A stretch of 64,000 bases of DNA from Cyanobacteriota bacterium (GCA_046052125.1 JBJOMY010000002.1:64001-128000); one strand, 5' to 3'; positions 11,603-20,440 are shown, numbered from the stretch's first letter. The notes: generated by a model from the sequence alone, not told the origin. Program-made: numbers and translations.

Positions 11603-11788
11603 GGGGTGAAGCCAGAGATTTTGCCAGTGGTCGATGGCTTGGCCCTGCCTCTTGCCACCTGCCACGCGGAGAGGCCAGACGAGCCTGGGATGCCTGGCTC
11701 AGGGAAAGCCTTAAATACGAGACCGACTGGGGCCCAGGCGGTTTGGGGGATTGGGCGGCGGCGGCGGTGGGTTGCCATTAAAAAGGCC

Positions 11789-13198
11789 TCATGCCCAGAA
11801 AGGGAGGTAGCGGGCGAACTTCCGTGAGGCGCCGACGCTGCCGTCCGGCTTGATCAGATTGGCCTCAATGGTGGCTGAAATGACCTGGGACGTCACGGCG
11901 GCCTTCTCCTCTCCAAGCCGAAATCGCTCTCTAAGCGTCTGATTAGACATCCGCTCGCCCATCACCCACCGGAGAGCGCAGTGTTGATAACAGGCTCGAA
12001 CCCGGTTGTTCCGGTCCATTTGGTCAAATGGAAGGGGGCCGAAGATCGTGACAATCGTGCGGCGGAAACCTGCGTGAAAATCTGGAGCAGGGAGTTGATA
12101 CACCTCAGCGGCATCAACCACCCGATCAATACCGCTGCTCTTCTCCTCGCAGATGCCGAAGCGACGCATCAGATCAGCAAGATGTTCATTGCGAGATTGA
12201 TAGCCATCGATGAAGCGCTCTACAGGCACAAGGGGTTCGCCCGGATTGGAGATCTCAACGCGATTGGCGAAGATGTCGATCATGACAGAAGCCCCAGCGA
12301 CAACGAAGTCCTGATGAATTAGGGCATTGGCCAAAAGCTCACGAATCACAACATCTGGAACGAGCTTAACCTCTTTGCGCAAGGCGCGCTCAATGATTTC
12401 ATTCTGCGGCAGTTGTGCATAGATGTAGTTCACAAATTCCTGAAAGCCAACGGCGTAACCGCGATCAAAAACGTGATCCAGCTTTGTTTGCAACTTGGAT
12501 GGCCCTGAGTAGACGACAACGCGCGCAGCTTTACGTGATAGATCAGGGAAATCACTCAGTCGGCGAGCCAGTAAAAGCGCACCAAGACGTCGAATGGTGT
12601 AGCTGCTGCCTTCATAATCGACAAGCTTTTCTGCCGTGAGCCTGTCAAGAACGCCTACGCGATCTGTGGGATAGGGCAACCGCAGAAGCTCAAAAAAGGT
12701 TTGTGTATCGAGCAGCTCTACAACCTCCTGAGCATCCAGACCTCGTCGGGAAGGCTCTTCGAGCCAATCAGGTTGACCTTCAGAAAAAATGCGCCTCAGC
12801 TGGTCTTCGCTCATCGGCACCAACGCTTCGCCTGCGCGCATCAAATATTTGCCTTCCAGGTTGTAAGCCGTTCCGCGGGGACGTGATGGAATGTGAAAAA
12901 CAAGAACACGTCCATCTGGATGAACAACGGCCTCGATATCGACTCTGAATCCAACGGCCTTGAACAGTTTTTCTGCTGCTGCAACCGTGTCTGGGAAGGC
13001 TTGAGTGCTGACAACCTGGCGTGGAGGTTCATCTGCGATTCCAAGAAGAAGCACACCGCCACCCTCATTGGCCAGGGCCACGCAGTATTCATTCAGTTTG
13101 CGCGTGTCAAACTGATGCTTCGCTTCCTTGAATTCCAACCGTTGGTGCTCAGAGGCCGCTTGCCGCCAGAGATCAATCTGCTGTGGGGTCGTGCTCAT
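11789..13198 (-). CDS. Schlafen/AlbA_2-domain protein with HATPase_c_4 (RecG-C-like) region and C-terminal HTH
   Basis: N-terminal EHQRLEFKE...ALANEGGGVLLLGIAD; central RELLANALIHQDF...VEISNPG...SRNEHLADLMRRFGICEEKSSGI; C-terminal MSNQTLRERF. Confidence 0.85.
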   Translation of the reverse strand: MSTTPQQIDLWRQAASEHQRLEFKEAKHQFDTRKLNEYCVALANEGGGVLLLGIADEPPRQVVSTQAFPDTVAAAEKLFKAVGFRVDIEAVVHPDGRVLVFHIPSRPRGTAYNLEGKYLMRAGEALVPMSEDQLRRIFSEGQPDWLEEPSRRGLDAQEVVELLDTQTFFELLRLPYPTDRVGVLDRLTAEKLVDYEGSSYTIRRLGALLLARRLSDFPDLSRKAARVVVYSGPSKLQTKLDHVFDRGYAVGFQEFVNYIYAQLPQNEIIERALRKEVKLVPDVVIRELLANALIHQDFVVAGASVMIDIFANRVEISNPGEPLVPVERFIDGYQSRNEHLADLMRRFGICEEKSSGIDRVVDAAEVYQLPAPDFHAGFRRTIVTIFGPLPFDQMDRNNRVRACYQHCALRWVMGERMSNQTLRERFRLGEEKAAVTSQVISATIEANLIKPDGSVGASRKFARYLPFWA

Positions 13199-14499
13199 GA
13201 CAGCATCCCCTCAAGCATCTTCTCGGCATCAGGGATTCGGATTTGACCTGAGATGAGTTTGGAAAGGAGGGTATCCCTGGTTGTTGCGAGATCTTTGGAT
13301 TGCTTCCGTAAACCAAAGACTCGATCCAGAAGAGGGGCAAATGCTGAATCCATCGCAGCAAGAAGAGATGGTGTGGGGATCAGCGCCTTAGCCTCACTTA
13401 GATGATGCCTTTGGATGTGCCCCATCGTTGTCGCTTTCCCCTGGGCGATTTCCTGAAACTCAGGCAGATGGTGCTTGACCCACTGAAGGAAGAACCACTT
13501 GTCGTAGGTCTTGGATGTGACCTTGAAGAGGTGCTGGTTCAGAGCACCATCACCTCCACACCACATATCAACAGCAAGAGAACCAGACCAGGAGAACAAC
13601 ACATCACCATCCCTAACTACATAGTCGGATGGAACTGCTGTCGAGCACCTGTCTGCCCCAATGGAATCGCCCTTCTTTAGTTGAGCGATCTTGATCACTG
13701 GAAGCGTTGGGTTGCCGTCTTCAGGCGGGAACTTCTGTAGGGCAAGACCATTGAGGAAATGAGCGACCTCATCCAATGACTTCACTTTCCACCCACTAGG
13801 AATCTCGCCGTGTTCCGAATCCTCAAATGAATCTTGGAACAGGTCGCTGATTTCTGCTGGCAATCCAGTAGGGCGACCTTCTGCCTTCGCTCTGACTGGA
13901 TCGAAATCCACAAACCACGACTTGAAGAGCGCCTTTGCCATCGCCTCCAAGGTTTCGTTGGTCTTGCGGTTCAGTTCGATCTTGTCATCAAGGGTGCCGA
14001 GGATATGAGCGATTGCTTTCTGTTCATTGAAGGGTGGCAAGTCAATCTCAACCTGCTTCAGTTCCCTGACTGAAAGGTTGCCCTGAACGGAACCATTATC
14101 CAGTTCTCTGGCAATGGTCTTCCCAGTTGATCCGCTCAGGATGTAATAAAGAAAATCACGGGATACGTTTTGCTTTGGTCGAATGATGACAAGAGACGAT
14201 GCTATCGCCCCTTTCTGAATGCCCTTCGCAAGACCGATCTTTCCAAGAGATCCACGAAGGCAAAACAAGATATCGCCCTTCTCAATCTTTCCATTACCAA
14301 GCCGATCGTATGCCCCTTGCGAAATAAAGGTTGCCCCCGACAGGTCTATGCGCCTACCGTCAAGGTCAGAGGCGCTGACAAACGGTATTCCGCTGGCGAC
14401 ATAATCAGAAGAGGATGGGTAGTTCTTCCCCCTGTCGCCATTGATGAAATCAGCAGCGTTGTCGAGAGTAGAAGTCGACCAACTAAAATCAGAACTCAT
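13195..14499 (-). CDS. hsdS: Type I restriction-modification specificity subunit
   Basis: Two TRDs separated by conserved [43 protein letters not shown] and IPSGW; C-terminal [11 protein letters not shown]. Confidence 0.96.
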   Translation of the reverse strand: MSSDFSWSTSTLDNAADFINGDRGKNYPSSSDYVASGIPFVSASDLDGRRIDLSGATFISQGAYDRLGNGKIEKGDILFCLRGSLGKIGLAKGIQKGAIASSLVIIRPKQNVSRDFLYYILSGSTGKTIARELDNGSVQGNLSVRELKQVEIDLPPFNEQKAIAHILGTLDDKIELNRKTNETLEAMAKALFKSWFVDFDPVRAKAEGRPTGLPAEISDLFQDSFEDSEHGEIPSGWKVKSLDEVAHFLNGLALQKFPPEDGNPTLPVIKIAQLKKGDSIGADRCSTAVPSDYVVRDGDVLFSWSGSLAVDMWCGGDGALNQHLFKVTSKTYDKWFFLQWVKHHLPEFQEIAQGKATTMGHIQRHHLSEAKALIPTPSLLAAMDSAFAPLLDRVFGLRKQSKDLATTRDTLLSKLISGQIRIPDAEKMLEGMLS

Positions 14500-16375
14500 A
14501 TCCCAACCTCCTCAGATTCTCGGCAATCTGCTGATCCAACTTCGCCCCCTCTTCCTGCTGCTGCTTGAGCAGAGCAGTGAGGCGCTTCATCTTCTGATCA
14601 AAGGGTTCGTCGTCGTCATCCTGATCTGCCGCTCCCACATAGCGACCAGGTGTGAGCACAAAACCATTCTTCTCAATCTCATCTAACTTGGCGCTGTAGC
14701 AGAATCCAGCAACATCCTCATAGACATCAGATACCTCGCCATCACCACGCCAGGCGTGAACAGCACCAGCAATCTTCTCAATATCCTCATCCGTTAGCAC
14801 CCGTTCAACCCTGGTCTTCATCGTGCCCATCTGACGGGCATCAATAAAAAGCGTCTCTCCACGACGATCACGACCACGCAGGGTCTTGTCATTCGTCAAG
14901 AACCACAAGCAAACAGGAATCTGAGTGTTGAGGAACAGTTGACCAGGCAGTGCCACCATCACCTCAACCACATCACCACGCACCATCGCTTCACGGATCT
15001 GCCCCTCACCGCTCTGGTTGGAACTCATCGATCCATTTGCCAGCACTACACCTGCTTCACCACCAGGGCGTAGTTTCCAGAGCATATGTTGCAACCACGC
15101 ATAGTTCGCATTGCCTACAGGTGGTCGCCCGTAGACCCAGCGTGGATCACTTTCGTATTTCTCCCCGCCCCAATCCGAAATGTTGAACGGTGGATTAGCA
15201 AGGATGTAGTCGAACTTCTGATCAGGGAACTGATCTCTGGCAAAGGTGTCAGCAGGTTCCTGACCCAGATCCGCAGCAAACCCACGGATCGCCAGGTTCA
15301 TCGCTGCCAACCTCCAGGTGGTTGGGTTGCTCTCCTGCCCATAGATCGAAGCGTCATCACGCTTGCCCCCGTGCGCCTGGATGAACTTTTCGCTTTGAAC
15401 GAACATTCCACCTGAACCGCAGCAGGGGTCATAGATCCGACCCTTGTGCGGTGCCAGCACAGCAACCAGCGTTTTGACGACGTGAGCAGGCGTATAGAAC
15501 TGACCTCCCTTCTTGCCTTCTGCGCTGGCGAACTGACCGAGGAAATATTCGTAGACCTCCCCCAGCACATCACCCGAACGCTGGTCGTCAGCAAATCCAA
15601 TGGTGGAAATCAGATCTACCAGTTCACCCAGACGCCCTGGTTCCAGTTGAGCGGCACCAAACCGCTTATCCAACTTGCCCCGCAGGGTCGGGTTCTCGTT
15701 CTCGATGGCGACCAGTGCCCGATCAATCAGTTGACCGATATCAGGTTGCTTTGCCCGTGCCCGTAGCGACTCCCAGCGAGCATCAGCAGGCACCCAAAAC
15801 ACGTTCTCTTGGGTGTAGTAGTCACGATCCTCCAGTGCTGCTTCGTGATCGGCAGGGTCATCACCGATGTAGAAGTCAGAGTCAGGCGAACTGACCATTG
15901 CCAGCACCTTCGCCCGATGCTCGGCAAACGTGTCTGAGATGTATTTCAGGAAGATCAGACCCAGAACCAGATGCTTGTATTCCGCCGCATCCATCTGGGC
16001 ACGGAGTTTGTCGGCGCTCGCCCAGAGAACTGCCTTGAAATCCTTGGCGGGTGCTTCCTTCTTCGCTCGACCTCGACCGTTACCTGCTGCTGGTGCTGAG
16101 GGTGCCTCGTAGCGACTGCCGCCAGGGATCCCATCTGCCAACCCAATGGCACCCCCACGCCCCCGACCCTTGCGGATTATTCCCAGGGCAAGCGCCTTTT
16201 CCTTGACTGCCTCGTACTCCTCTTCGCTGATCTGGCGCTCTGCTGCTCGACTCAGCGCCTCCCGTGCCGACTGGTTCCCGATGGTGCTGCCATCAGGGGG
16301 GAGCACCTCCAGGAGCAGGTCACTCAGTTCTGCTTCCCCTGCGTCGGGTGTGGTGAAAGTCGCTGAGTCGGTCAC
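14489..16375 (-). CDS. hsdM: Type I R-M N6-adenine methyltransferase with an ~110-aa N-terminal extension
   Basis: [26 protein letters not shown] (motif I), ANPPF (motif IV); GTG start, exact start uncertain. Confidence 0.96.
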   Translation of the reverse strand: MTDSATFTTPDAGEAELSDLLLEVLPPDGSTIGNQSAREALSRAAERQISEEEYEAVKEKALALGIIRKGRGRGGAIGLADGIPGGSRYEAPSAPAAGNGRGRAKKEAPAKDFKAVLWASADKLRAQMDAAEYKHLVLGLIFLKYISDTFAEHRAKVLAMVSSPDSDFYIGDDPADHEAALEDRDYYTQENVFWVPADARWESLRARAKQPDIGQLIDRALVAIENENPTLRGKLDKRFGAAQLEPGRLGELVDLISTIGFADDQRSGDVLGEVYEYFLGQFASAEGKKGGQFYTPAHVVKTLVAVLAPHKGRIYDPCCGSGGMFVQSEKFIQAHGGKRDDASIYGQESNPTTWRLAAMNLAIRGFAADLGQEPADTFARDQFPDQKFDYILANPPFNISDWGGEKYESDPRWVYGRPPVGNANYAWLQHMLWKLRPGGEAGVVLANGSMSSNQSGEGQIREAMVRGDVVEVMVALPGQLFLNTQIPVCLWFLTNDKTLRGRDRRGETLFIDARQMGTMKTRVERVLTDEDIEKIAGAVHAWRGDGEVSDVYEDVAGFCYSAKLDEIEKNGFVLTPGRYVGAADQDDDDEPFDQKMKRLTALLKQQQEEGAKLDQQIAENLRRLGYEF

Positions 16376-16493
16376 TGGGACTGGATGCTTCCGCCCATTT
16401 TCGCCGCTGCGCCTTGGTTTTGCCCGTTATGCGCTATTCGCATAGACCAACGGCGCCTGTGGTGGGAACTCTGAGAGCAGTCGCACTGATCCG

Positions 16494-16712
16494 ATGACCA
16501 CACTCACCACTGGTGCCCTGGCAACCGAGACCCTGATCGCCTCGCTCCTTGCCCTGGAAGACCTGACCAACCGCCTGACGGTGCTAACCCTCAATGCCTC
16601 TGGATGCCCTGAGCAATCCCCCAGGGTGCGGGCGCTGCTGGCAGACCTGGCGGATGCCCTGAAGCGATGTGAGGAGGATCTGGGGACCTATGCCGCAGCA
16701 AACGACACCTGA
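16494..16712 (+). CDS. Small helical hypothetical protein
   Basis: 72-aa ATG ORF, Leu-rich amphipathic, divergent from hsdM. Confidence 0.5.
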   Translation: MTTLTTGALATETLIASLLALEDLTNRLTVLTLNASGCPEQSPRVRALLADLADALKRCEEDLGTYAAANDT

Positions 16713-16716
16713 CGGT

Positions 16717-16971
16717 TCAACGCCTCTCGGTGATGGGTTCCCATTCCGCCTTAATCCCGATGTCGGGTGCTCCTGACTCTTTGTTGGTCTTCTCCATCCA
16801 CTGTGACCTCACGATCCTGTGCCCCTTAAGCACCTGCCGCATTCCTGCTGGTGCTTTGGCGGCGGCGCAGGAGGTGCCACCGTCCCTACAGGCGCTGGAT
16901 GCTGAGCGGTCCCTCTTGCTCCCACACCCCGCCAGCAGCAGCACCCCAAGGAACAGGGCAACCCGCTTCAT
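16717..16971 (-). CDS. Small putative lipoprotein
   Basis: MKRVALFLGVLLLAGC signal peptide with LAGC lipobox; ATGA overlap with the upstream gene. Confidence 0.7.
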   Translation of the reverse strand: MKRVALFLGVLLLAGCGSKRDRSASSACRDGGTSCAAAKAPAGMRQVLKGHRIVRSQWMEKTNKESGAPDIGIKAEWEPITERR

Positions 16972-17150
16972 CGCTTGTGAGCAGTCTTTGCCCAGATCCG
17001 CTCCAGGGTCTTGCGGAACTCGCCCTCGCTCAAGGGTCGTGCCAGATCTCGCTTCCTGACGGTGCTCCAGATCCACCAGACCTGAAGACCGCCAAAGGCA
17101 AGGGCGAACAGACCCAGTTGGAGGTACCCAGAGTTCAGATGCTCCATCAC
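16968..17150 (-). CDS. Single-TM micro-protein (LERIWAK motif)
   Basis: LQLGLFALAFGGLQVWWIW TM segment, then FRKTLERIWAK; coupled to both neighbours. Confidence 0.7.
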   Translation of the reverse strand: MMEHLNSGYLQLGLFALAFGGLQVWWIWSTVRKRDLARPLSEGEFRKTLERIWAKTAHKR

Positions 17151-17323
17151 GCCGTCTGCTGGTCCTTTGCCCAGATCCGTTCCAAGGACTGCCTGACCTG
17201 ATCGGTTCTGGAGGTAGCGCCCAGCACTCGCTTGCGGAACAGGGTGGTCAGGCGCCAGAACTTGACTCCAGCAGCAAGGGCAAAGACCGCCCAGGGCACC
17301 AGCATCCAGAGCGGGTTGCTCAT
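17147..17323 (-). CDS. Single-TM micro-protein (LERIWAK motif)
   Basis: MSNPLWMLVPWAVFALAAGVKFW TM segment, then VRQSLERIWAK; ATGA overlap upstream. Confidence 0.7.
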   Translation of the reverse strand: MSNPLWMLVPWAVFALAAGVKFWRLTTLFRKRVLGATSRTDQVRQSLERIWAKDQQTA

Positions 17324-17535
17324 CCCCTGTTCAACGCCCACCGCAGTGCCCCCAGACCGATCGAGAGTCCCACCATCGTGTTCCAGGCGATTGCCCTGCG
17401 GGTGCTGAGGCGCAGCAGGAAGGGCGGCAGGGTCTGATGGCGACTCAGCAGCAGGGCGGTGCTGATCAGGAGGTAGGCAGCGGGGATGCCCAGTGCCAGC
17501 AACAACTCAGTCGTCACAGCGGGGTCTGCTGCCAC
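17320..17535 (-). CDS. Two-TM micro-protein
   Basis: LLLALGIPAAYLLISTALLL and IAWNTMVGLSIGLGAL hydrophobic segments; start uncertain. Confidence 0.6.
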   Translation of the reverse strand: MAADPAVTTELLLALGIPAAYLLISTALLLSRHQTLPPFLLRLSTRRAIAWNTMVGLSIGLGALRWALNRG

Positions 17536-17605
17536 TGGTGAAACGGTAGTGACGCTCCAGGGAGGCGCCCGATCGGAACCCTTGACCCCACCACCGCACC
17601 ACAGG

Positions 17606-17620
17606 TAGTACAGGTGTACC
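17606..17620. promoter_or_regulatory. Cyanobacterial LexA (SOS) box overlapping a putative -10; TTGACC -35 at 17582-17587
   Basis: TAGTACAGGTGTACC matches RGTAC-N3-DGTWCB and AGTACA-N2-TGTAC; 12 bp upstream of ATG 17633. Confidence 0.75.
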
Positions 17621-17632
17621 CGCCCGCCTCAG

Positions 17633-17899
17633 ATGCCTGCTGCTCGTCCCGTCGCCTCTGGCGCCCCTGCTGAAGAGTGGGACTACCTGGATGTGGATGT
17701 CCTTCGCCCTGCCCGTTCAGGTGCCGTCTGTATCACCTGCCAGCACTTCCGTTACGAGGTCGGCAGGCACTGCGTCACGGTGCTGACCTGCCCGATCCAT
17801 CAGGGTCTTATCCCCCAGGGTGAGCACCTGACTAAGCGGTGCGCTCAGTGGGTTGCTCGGCGGGAGGTGGCGGTTGGGTGGCGCCCTGAGACGGGGTGA
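17633..17899 (+). CDS. Small Cys/His-rich putative metal-binding protein
   Basis: CITCQHF...HC...TCPIHQGLIPQGEHLTKRC; 88 aa. Confidence 0.75.
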   Translation: MPAARPVASGAPAEEWDYLDVDVLRPARSGAVCITCQHFRYEVGRHCVTVLTCPIHQGLIPQGEHLTKRCAQWVARREVAVGWRPETG

Positions 17900-17908
17900 A
17901 ACCGCTTT

Positions 17909-18031
17909 GCTTACGGAGAAATCATTTGCCCCGCAATGGGTTTGCGGGAATGACCTCGACCTGAACGTAAGCACTACCCTGATCGACACTGGGTTTTACG
18001 TCTGTCTTCTCCGTAAGCGTTGCGTAAGCGT
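17909..18031. repeat. CGTAAG(C) motif array with 12-bp inverted repeat (putative recombinase arm-type sites)
   Basis: GCTTACGGAGAA (17909-17920) and TTCTCCGTAAGC (18007-18018) are exact inverted copies; CGTAAGC at 17966; tandem CGTAAGCGT at 18012 and 18023. Confidence 0.7.
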
Positions 18032-18075
18032 CGATCTAAGGTCCCCCAGATCCCTTGCGGCAGAACGGGTTTGCC

Positions 18076-18096
18076 CTTACGTCGTGTAATCGGCGT
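18076..18096. repeat. Right copy of 21-bp direct repeat (last codons and stop of argJ)
   Basis: Identical to 6585-6605. Confidence 0.93.
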
Positions 18097-19306
18097 TGAT
18101 GCGCACGTATTGATCCGACAGGTCACATCCCCAGGCGCGACCCTGCCCTGAGCCTTCACCCACCTGCAGGCGGATCACCACGGTGTCGTCACGGAGGTAG
18201 GCGCCGGCAGCGCGATCGCGCATGTAGGCAGAGGCGGCAGAGCGATCAAAGGCCAGCGGCTGACCGGCTGCCATCAGCTGGTGATCGCCGAGCCACAGGG
18301 CCACGGCGTCGGGATCGAAGGGCACACCGGCCCGGCCGGCAGCCGCCACGATGCGCCCCCAGTTGGGATCGCGGCCGTGCACGGCACATTTCACCAGCGA
18401 CGAACCGCAGATGGTGCGGGCGATGGCGCGGGCACCGGCATCGTCGGCTGCCCCCTCCACCAGCACCTCGATCAAGCAGGTGGCACCTTCGCCGTCGCGG
18501 GCGATCGCCTTGGCCAGATGTTGCGACACCGCCGTCAGGCCAACCTCCAACGCATCGAAGTGCTCGGGGCTCAGGGGCTCACCGGCTGCAAACGCCAGGT
18601 ACGTGTCGTTGGTGCTGGTGTCGCCGTCCACCGTGATCGCATTGAAGGAGCGATCCACCGCCCGCTTCACCATCGCCTGCCACGCATCCGCCGGCACGCC
18701 GGCATCGCAGCTGAGGTAGCCGAGCATCGTGGCCATGTTGGGGTGAATCATTCCCGACCCCTTGGCCATCCCGCCGATGCGCACGCGGCGGCCGCCCAGC
18801 TCCGCCTCCAGGGCGATCTGTTTGTCGATCAGATCGGTGGTGAGGATCGCGGTAGCCGCTGCCGCACCGCCCTCGGGGCTGAGGGCCTCGGCCAGTGGGT
18901 CGAGCCCCGCAAGGAGGGTGTCCATGGGGATCGGCACGCCGATCACGCCGGTGGAGCAAATCAACACTTCATCCGGGGCCAAACCCAGGTGATCCGCCAT
19001 GGCCTGGGTGGCGCGCAGGCTGTCGATCAGGCCGCGATCACCCGTGCAGGCATTGGCCTGCCCTGAGTTGCTCAGCACCGCACGGGCGCGGCCGCCGCTG
19101 GCCTGCAGGCGCTCAGCACAGAGGTCGACGCATGCGGCCCGCACCAGTGAGGTGGTGAAGGTGCCAGCGCAGACAGAACCTTCCGGGGCCAACAGCAGTG
19201 AAAGATCAGGCTTGCCGGAGGCCTTGAGGCCAGCGGTGATGCCAGCCGCCAGGAAGCCTTCAGGAGCCGTGACGCCTCCGGGAATCGACTGCCAAGAGTG
19301 GGGCAC
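18077..19306 (-). CDS. argJ: Bifunctional ornithine acetyltransferase/N-acetylglutamate synthase
   Basis: NSGQANACTG, STGVIG, AKGSGMIHPNMATML, DGDTSTND, DGEGAT, YVRINADYTT. Confidence 0.98.
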   Translation of the reverse strand: MPHSWQSIPGGVTAPEGFLAAGITAGLKASGKPDLSLLLAPEGSVCAGTFTTSLVRAACVDLCAERLQASGGRARAVLSNSGQANACTGDRGLIDSLRATQAMADHLGLAPDEVLICSTGVIGVPIPMDTLLAGLDPLAEALSPEGGAAAATAILTTDLIDKQIALEAELGGRRVRIGGMAKGSGMIHPNMATMLGYLSCDAGVPADAWQAMVKRAVDRSFNAITVDGDTSTNDTYLAFAAGEPLSPEHFDALEVGLTAVSQHLAKAIARDGEGATCLIEVLVEGAADDAGARAIARTICGSSLVKCAVHGRDPNWGRIVAAAGRAGVPFDPDAVALWLGDHQLMAAGQPLAFDRSAASAYMRDRAAGAYLRDDTVVIRLQVGEGSGQGRAWGCDLSDQYVRINADYTT

Positions 19307-19352
19307 AGACGAGGTTGTTGCTGCACCAATCCTCCTCCCGAACTGGGCCCGC

Positions 19353-19595
19353 TCAGCTTTTGCGCCAACGGATAAACATGGGGATCAGCACCAGGCCCAC
19401 CAGGAGACCCACGGGGTTCTGAAGCACCACCCAGCCGCAGACTCCCACGGAGAACATCAAGATCACGCGAGCCATCACTCGCCCGGATCGACTTCGGTAG
19501 AAACCGCGGCTATAGACAGGGTCGTAGAGGGCCACGCAGCCTCCCTGCAAAACCAGATGACTCACCCATCTTGGAAACGCTGGCAGGGATCGCAA
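19353..19595 (-). CDS. Possible small membrane protein
   Basis: Two hydrophobic stretches ending in RWRKS; true start uncertain and probably downstream of 19595. Confidence 0.35.
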   Translation of the reverse strand: MRSLPAFPRWVSHLVLQGGCVALYDPVYSRGFYRSRSGRVMARVILMFSVGVCGWVVLQNPVGLLVGLVLIPMFIRWRKS

Positions 19596-20258
19596 CGGCG
19601 CATTGGCCTCACCGGCGGCATTGCCACCGGGAAGAGCACCGTGGGGCGCTGGCTGGAGCAGCAGGGCCTGCCGGTGTTGGATGCGGATGTCTACGCCCGT
19701 GAAGCGCTCAGGCCAGGAACCGCTGCCACCAAAGCCGTTCTGGAGCGTTACGGAGAACGCGTTGAGTCAACGAGCGGCGAAGGACAGAGCGCTGTGATTG
19801 ATCGAGGGGCTCTTGGAGCAATCGTGTTTCATGACCCCGCCGAAAAGGCTTGGCTCGAAGCCCTGATCCACCCTCTGGTGCGCGCACGCTTTGAGCAAGA
19901 ACTCACCGGCTTGAGCCACGAGACCACGGTGGTGTTGATAATCCCCCTGCTGTTTGAAGCGGGCCTGGAGGAGCTGTGCAGCGAGATCTGGCTGGTGGAT
20001 TGCACAGAGAACCAGCAACTGGAGCGACTGATGCAGCGGGATGGACTGAGTGAGGCGGGGGCCCAGGCACGGATCAACGCGCAGTGGCCAATGGAGCAGA
20101 AACGTCGACTGTCGGACCACCTGATCGCGAACCAGGGAGATCCAGAAGCTCTGGTGCGAGAGCTTCGCGATCAGCTCGGCTTAGGCGGCTCAGGGGTATT
20201 CCTGGATTCCACCAGCTCAGTACGGGGCAATGGATCCTGCTGGCGATCGGCCACATAG
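19557..20258 (+). CDS. coaE: Dephospho-CoA kinase
   Basis: RIGLTGGIATGKSTV, LDADVYAR, LIHPLV, IPLLFE, RLMQRDGL. Confidence 0.95.
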   Translation: MTHPSWKRWQGSQRRIGLTGGIATGKSTVGRWLEQQGLPVLDADVYAREALRPGTAATKAVLERYGERVESTSGEGQSAVIDRGALGAIVFHDPAEKAWLEALIHPLVRARFEQELTGLSHETTVVLIIPLLFEAGLEELCSEIWLVDCTENQQLERLMQRDGLSEAGAQARINAQWPMEQKRRLSDHLIANQGDPEALVRELRDQLGLGGSGVFLDSTSSVRGNGSCWRSAT

Positions 20259-20440
20259 GTTTTGCACAACCGAGCCCCGATGTGGTTATCGGTCCTGGAA
20301 ACGTAGTCACTCTCCCGGCCCAGGTTGCCGAGATGCCTGCGCCTATACATCCGGCAGTTGATCTCAACCAGCAGGAAGAAGATCGATACGAAAGAAAGAC
20401 AAAAAGCCAGAACGACATCGGAGCGTCCTAAGCCTGAGCT

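Larger units (their letters stand above)
6585..18096. mobile_element. Genomic (defence) island integrated at the argJ 3' end; no integrase recognised
   Basis: Perfect 21-bp terminal direct repeats, visibly lower GC and different codon usage, R-M cargo, apparent scarcity of HIP1 sites (not counted). Confidence 0.85.

Noticed and set aside
11603..11788. Small ORFs or hairpin in the gap between the Schlafen gene and hsdR
   Set aside because: Short ORFs on both strands without coding signal; more likely an internal promoter region or insertion scar.
18999..19556. Apparent long N-terminal extension of CoaE, and similar extensions in the ORF track for speA, alaS, mrr, hsp20, the second desC and ubiC
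   Set aside because: Upstream open frames overlapping other genes; downstream ATGs fit the family lengths.
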